Of a DNA stretch of 38,087 bases, positions 35,895 through 38,087 are shown piece by piece. Source of the DNA: a bacterium. Its GTDB lineage: Bacteria; Sysuimicrobiota; Sysuimicrobiia; Sysuimicrobiales; Kaftiobacteriaceae. Within the stretch, counting starts at the first letter, position 1. Each line of letters starts with the position of its first letter. Both the position numbers and the translations under genes were made by a program. The notes beneath the pieces were generated by a model that saw only the letters and a program-made list of their open reading frames with translations, was not told where the DNA came from and did not search any database. Location: positions 1 through 38,087 of the forward strand of contig JBIOWP010000074.1 in NCBI GenBank assembly GCA_044868695.1, read 5' to 3'.

Positions 35895-35987
35895 CTACCG
35901 CCACTTCCCGCCTGCCCCGCTCGCGATGATCAGCGAAGCGAACATCAGGAGCGTCACAAGCAGGCCAAGAAATCTCCTCCACCGCAT
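35895..35987 (-). CDS. 30-aa micropeptide MRWRRFLGLLVTLLMFASLIIASGAGGKWR (putative signalling-peptide precursor)
   Basis: ATG 35987 preceded by a G-rich SD tract (GGGGAGGGGGGTGGG); TAG at 35897-35895; basic N-terminus, hydrophobic core and short polar tail; first gene of the DUF5317-HD-GYP operon. Confidence 0.75.
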   Translation of the reverse strand: MRWRRFLGLLVTLLMFASLIIASGAGGKWR

Positions 35988-36216
35988 TCCGGCCCACCCC
36001 CCTCCCCGACCTTCCGTCCAACCCTGACTACCTGACATTGCCTGAGGAGTACGTCGCTGCCCAAGAGGAAACGGTAGAAAGACCCCTATATAGGTCACAT
36101 CGGCAGGATTCGTGGAGGCTAAAGTCCGAGCGGGCAGGAACCAGGCACCCGAAGGTGGCAAATCGGGACCTGGAGCCGAACGAGCCGCCCCCATTCGGCA
36201 TGAAAGGACCAGCACG

Positions 36217-37053
36217 ATGACGCTCCAACCAAACAGCGTGGCCCTCGTCACCGGCGCGGCGCGCGGCCTGGGATGGGGCATTGCCCGGGCGTTTGGCCGC
36301 GCGGGCGCGCGGGTCTGTGTCACTGATATTGATCAGAACGAGCTGACGCGCTGCGTCCGCGACCTGGCCGCCGACGGCGCGGCATGTCAAGTCTATCGCT
36401 CAGATGTCGCCGACCTCACCGAGTGCAAGCGTGTCGTGCAGAAGATTGTGGATCGCTGGGGCCGGCTGGATGTCGTGGTGCACAACGCGATCTACATGCC
36501 GCTGGTCGAGTTCGAGGCGACCACGCCGGACGACTGGACCCGCCAGCTGAATGTTGGCATCGGCGGGCTGTACAATTGCGCGTCCGCCGCCTGGAAGCAG
36601 ATGAAGGCGCAGGGCGCGGGCCACATCATCGGAATCGCCAGCGGTTCGAGTCTGCGCGGTTACCGCCAGGAAGTCGCGTACTGCACGGTTAAGCACGGCA
36701 TCGAGGGGTTTGTGAAAGCGCTCGCGCTCGAAGCCAAACCCCACAACATCGCCCTCAATACCATCGGTCCCGGCGCACGGATCAAGCCGACGCGCATGAC
36801 GTGGACCGAGTACGACCAGGTCCCGGAGGACGTGCGCGCGGGCTGGGCGGATCCGATCGAACTCGGCCGGGCGTGGGTGTGGCTGGCCTCGCAGCCGCCG
36901 GCGCGGTTCAGCGGCTATCGCTTTGACGCCGCGCGGGTTGTCGAGACCCTCGCCCGAGAGGGAAACGACTTCGAGTTCACCCCTGAGAAGGTGACGCTGT
37001 ATCCGGACGATTTTCGCGTCCGGGCGGAGTGGTACCGTGAAAACGATCTATGA
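36217..37053 (+). CDS. SDR family oxidoreductase
   Basis: TGAARGLG.GIA, DVAD, VHNA, YCTVK; AAAGGA SD before ATG 36217. Confidence 0.88.
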   Translation: MTLQPNSVALVTGAARGLGWGIARAFGRAGARVCVTDIDQNELTRCVRDLAADGAACQVYRSDVADLTECKRVVQKIVDRWGRLDVVVHNAIYMPLVEFEATTPDDWTRQLNVGIGGLYNCASAAWKQMKAQGAGHIIGIASGSSLRGYRQEVAYCTVKHGIEGFVKALALEAKPHNIALNTIGPGARIKPTRMTWTEYDQVPEDVRAGWADPIELGRAWVWLASQPPARFSGYRFDAARVVETLAREGNDFEFTPEKVTLYPDDFRVRAEWYRENDL

Positions 37054-37972
37054 ATCACTAGTCTGGCACGAGGTCCGCGTCACCGCCCACGCGGCCGCCC
37101 AGTCCATTCCCCTCAAGTTTGGCGAGGCCGGCGCCTCCGGAACCCGCGCGACGCTCATTGCCGGAACCCACGGCGACGAAGGTCCCTGGTCCGCGCTGGC
37201 CATCAAGATGCTGTGCCGGCATCCTGTAGCCAGGCTCACCGGGCGCCTGCGTGTCATCTTCACCGCGAATGCGCTCGCCGCCGAGGTTGAACGCCGCAAT
37301 GCCTGGATCGACTCCCCAAACGCTCTTGACCTGGACGGCGTGTTCCCGGGCAGCGCAGAAGGCTCGCACACCGCGCGCCTCGCCGGAGCGATTGCCCCGT
37401 TGATCGCGGACAGTGACGTGGTCATCGACCTCCACGGCGGCGGCACGTGGTGCGTCAACGCGTTTGTGAAGCGGTTTGAGGGATCCGAACAGCTGGCCTC
37501 CGATCTAGGTGCGCCCTTCATCAGCAACGCGCCCAACAAGCCCGGCGGCTTGACCACCTACGCGCGCTCGCTAGGCATCAAAGTGGCCAATGTCGAAGTC
37601 GGCGGGCGTTCGAGCAGGGAAATGTACTGGACCGGGCGCAACGCCGAGGGCCTTGAGCGCGCGCTCCACCGTCTCGATGTGCTGGCGCTCGACCCTCCCC
37701 CCGCTCCGGCCCCGAAATCGATCGATGTCGGCGCTACGGAGGCCATGCGCGCCGCCGTGGGTGGGATTTTTGTACCCACGTTGCGGGAAGACGCCGTCGG
37801 GACAATCGTGCCTGCCGGGACGGAGATGGGCAAGATCCTCGATCTGCACACGCTGACGGAGTTGCAGGTGTTCACCGCCCCGTACGAGCACACCGCCCTG
37901 ATGCTCCTGCGTCCGCAGATCTGCACCGTTGAGGGCTCAGCCCTCGTGTATGTCGTTGCCAGACCGGCGTAG
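37037..37972 (+). CDS. Succinylglutamate desuccinylase / aspartoacylase family (M14) Zn deacylase
   Basis: GTHGDE (HxxE), RRN, DLD..FPG, IDLHGG, VEVGG; GGAG SD; 17-nt overlap with the SDR. Confidence 0.88.
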   Translation: MKTIYESLVWHEVRVTAHAAAQSIPLKFGEAGASGTRATLIAGTHGDEGPWSALAIKMLCRHPVARLTGRLRVIFTANALAAEVERRNAWIDSPNALDLDGVFPGSAEGSHTARLAGAIAPLIADSDVVIDLHGGGTWCVNAFVKRFEGSEQLASDLGAPFISNAPNKPGGLTTYARSLGIKVANVEVGGRSSREMYWTGRNAEGLERALHRLDVLALDPPPAPAPKSIDVGATEAMRAAVGGIFVPTLREDAVGTIVPAGTEMGKILDLHTLTELQVFTAPYEHTALMLLRPQICTVEGSALVYVVARPA

Positions 37973-37981
37973 GCGGCGGTC

Positions 37982-38087
37982 GTGAGGAGAATCACGCGCC
38001 GGCGATTTCTCCGGTACGCGGGCGCCGGTCTTGCGTCCCTGGCAGCCGGTGACCGATTGGCCGGGATGCCGGCTGCGCAGGAGCAGG
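37982..38087 (+). CDS. Partial gene with twin-arginine signal peptide (probably an exported solute-binding protein)
   Basis: GTG 37982 reads MRRITRRRFLRYAGAGLASLAAGDRLAGMPAAQEQ to the window end; T-R-R-x-F-L Tat motif. Confidence 0.7.
   Translation, partial: MRRITRRRFLRYAGAGLASLAAGDRLAGMPAAQEQ

Noticed and set aside
36100..36200. Possible c-di-GMP or glycine riboswitch upstream of the SDR (CCCGAAGGTGGCAAA)
   Set aside because: Only a superficial match; I could not build the required paired stems. An Infernal/Rfam search would settle it.
35988..36323. 142-aa version of the minus-strand ORF 35895-36323
   Set aside because: Its 5' part is antisense to the SDR and crosses the divergent promoter region. 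Only the last 30 codons have an SD and a coherent structure.

Overview
High-GC bacterial chromosomal window with about 35 genes. I found no rRNA, tRNA, CRISPR array or mobile element. Left part: secreted EEP-family nuclease, ferritin, homoserine dehydrogenase, cupin, MFS transporter, then a sugar-catabolic operon (FucI-family isomerase, AraB-type ribulokinase, CUT1 ABC SBP plus two permeases, aldo/keto reductase, SDR, a signal-peptide-less SBP) followed by an orphan CoxL form II/XdhA-family Mo subunit. Middle: O-methyltransferase, DUF2914 protein, a second CUT1 ABC set with a GH3 NagZ-type enzyme, and several small proteins. Right part: a cyclic-nucleotide signalling cluster with two class III cyclase-STAND ATPase-TPR proteins. 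The strongest candidate for an undescribed system is a minus-strand three-gene operon at 35987-33834. It encodes an unannotated 30-aa signal-peptide-like micropeptide (MRWRRFLGLLVTLLMFASLIIASGAGGKWR), a DUF5317 membrane protein whose motifs resemble the LspA aspartic-peptidase active site, and a multi-TM HD-GYP phosphodiesterase. I infer an Agr-like peptide signalling module that outputs to cyclic dinucleotide hydrolysis. All family calls come from motif recognition by eye; no searches were run.
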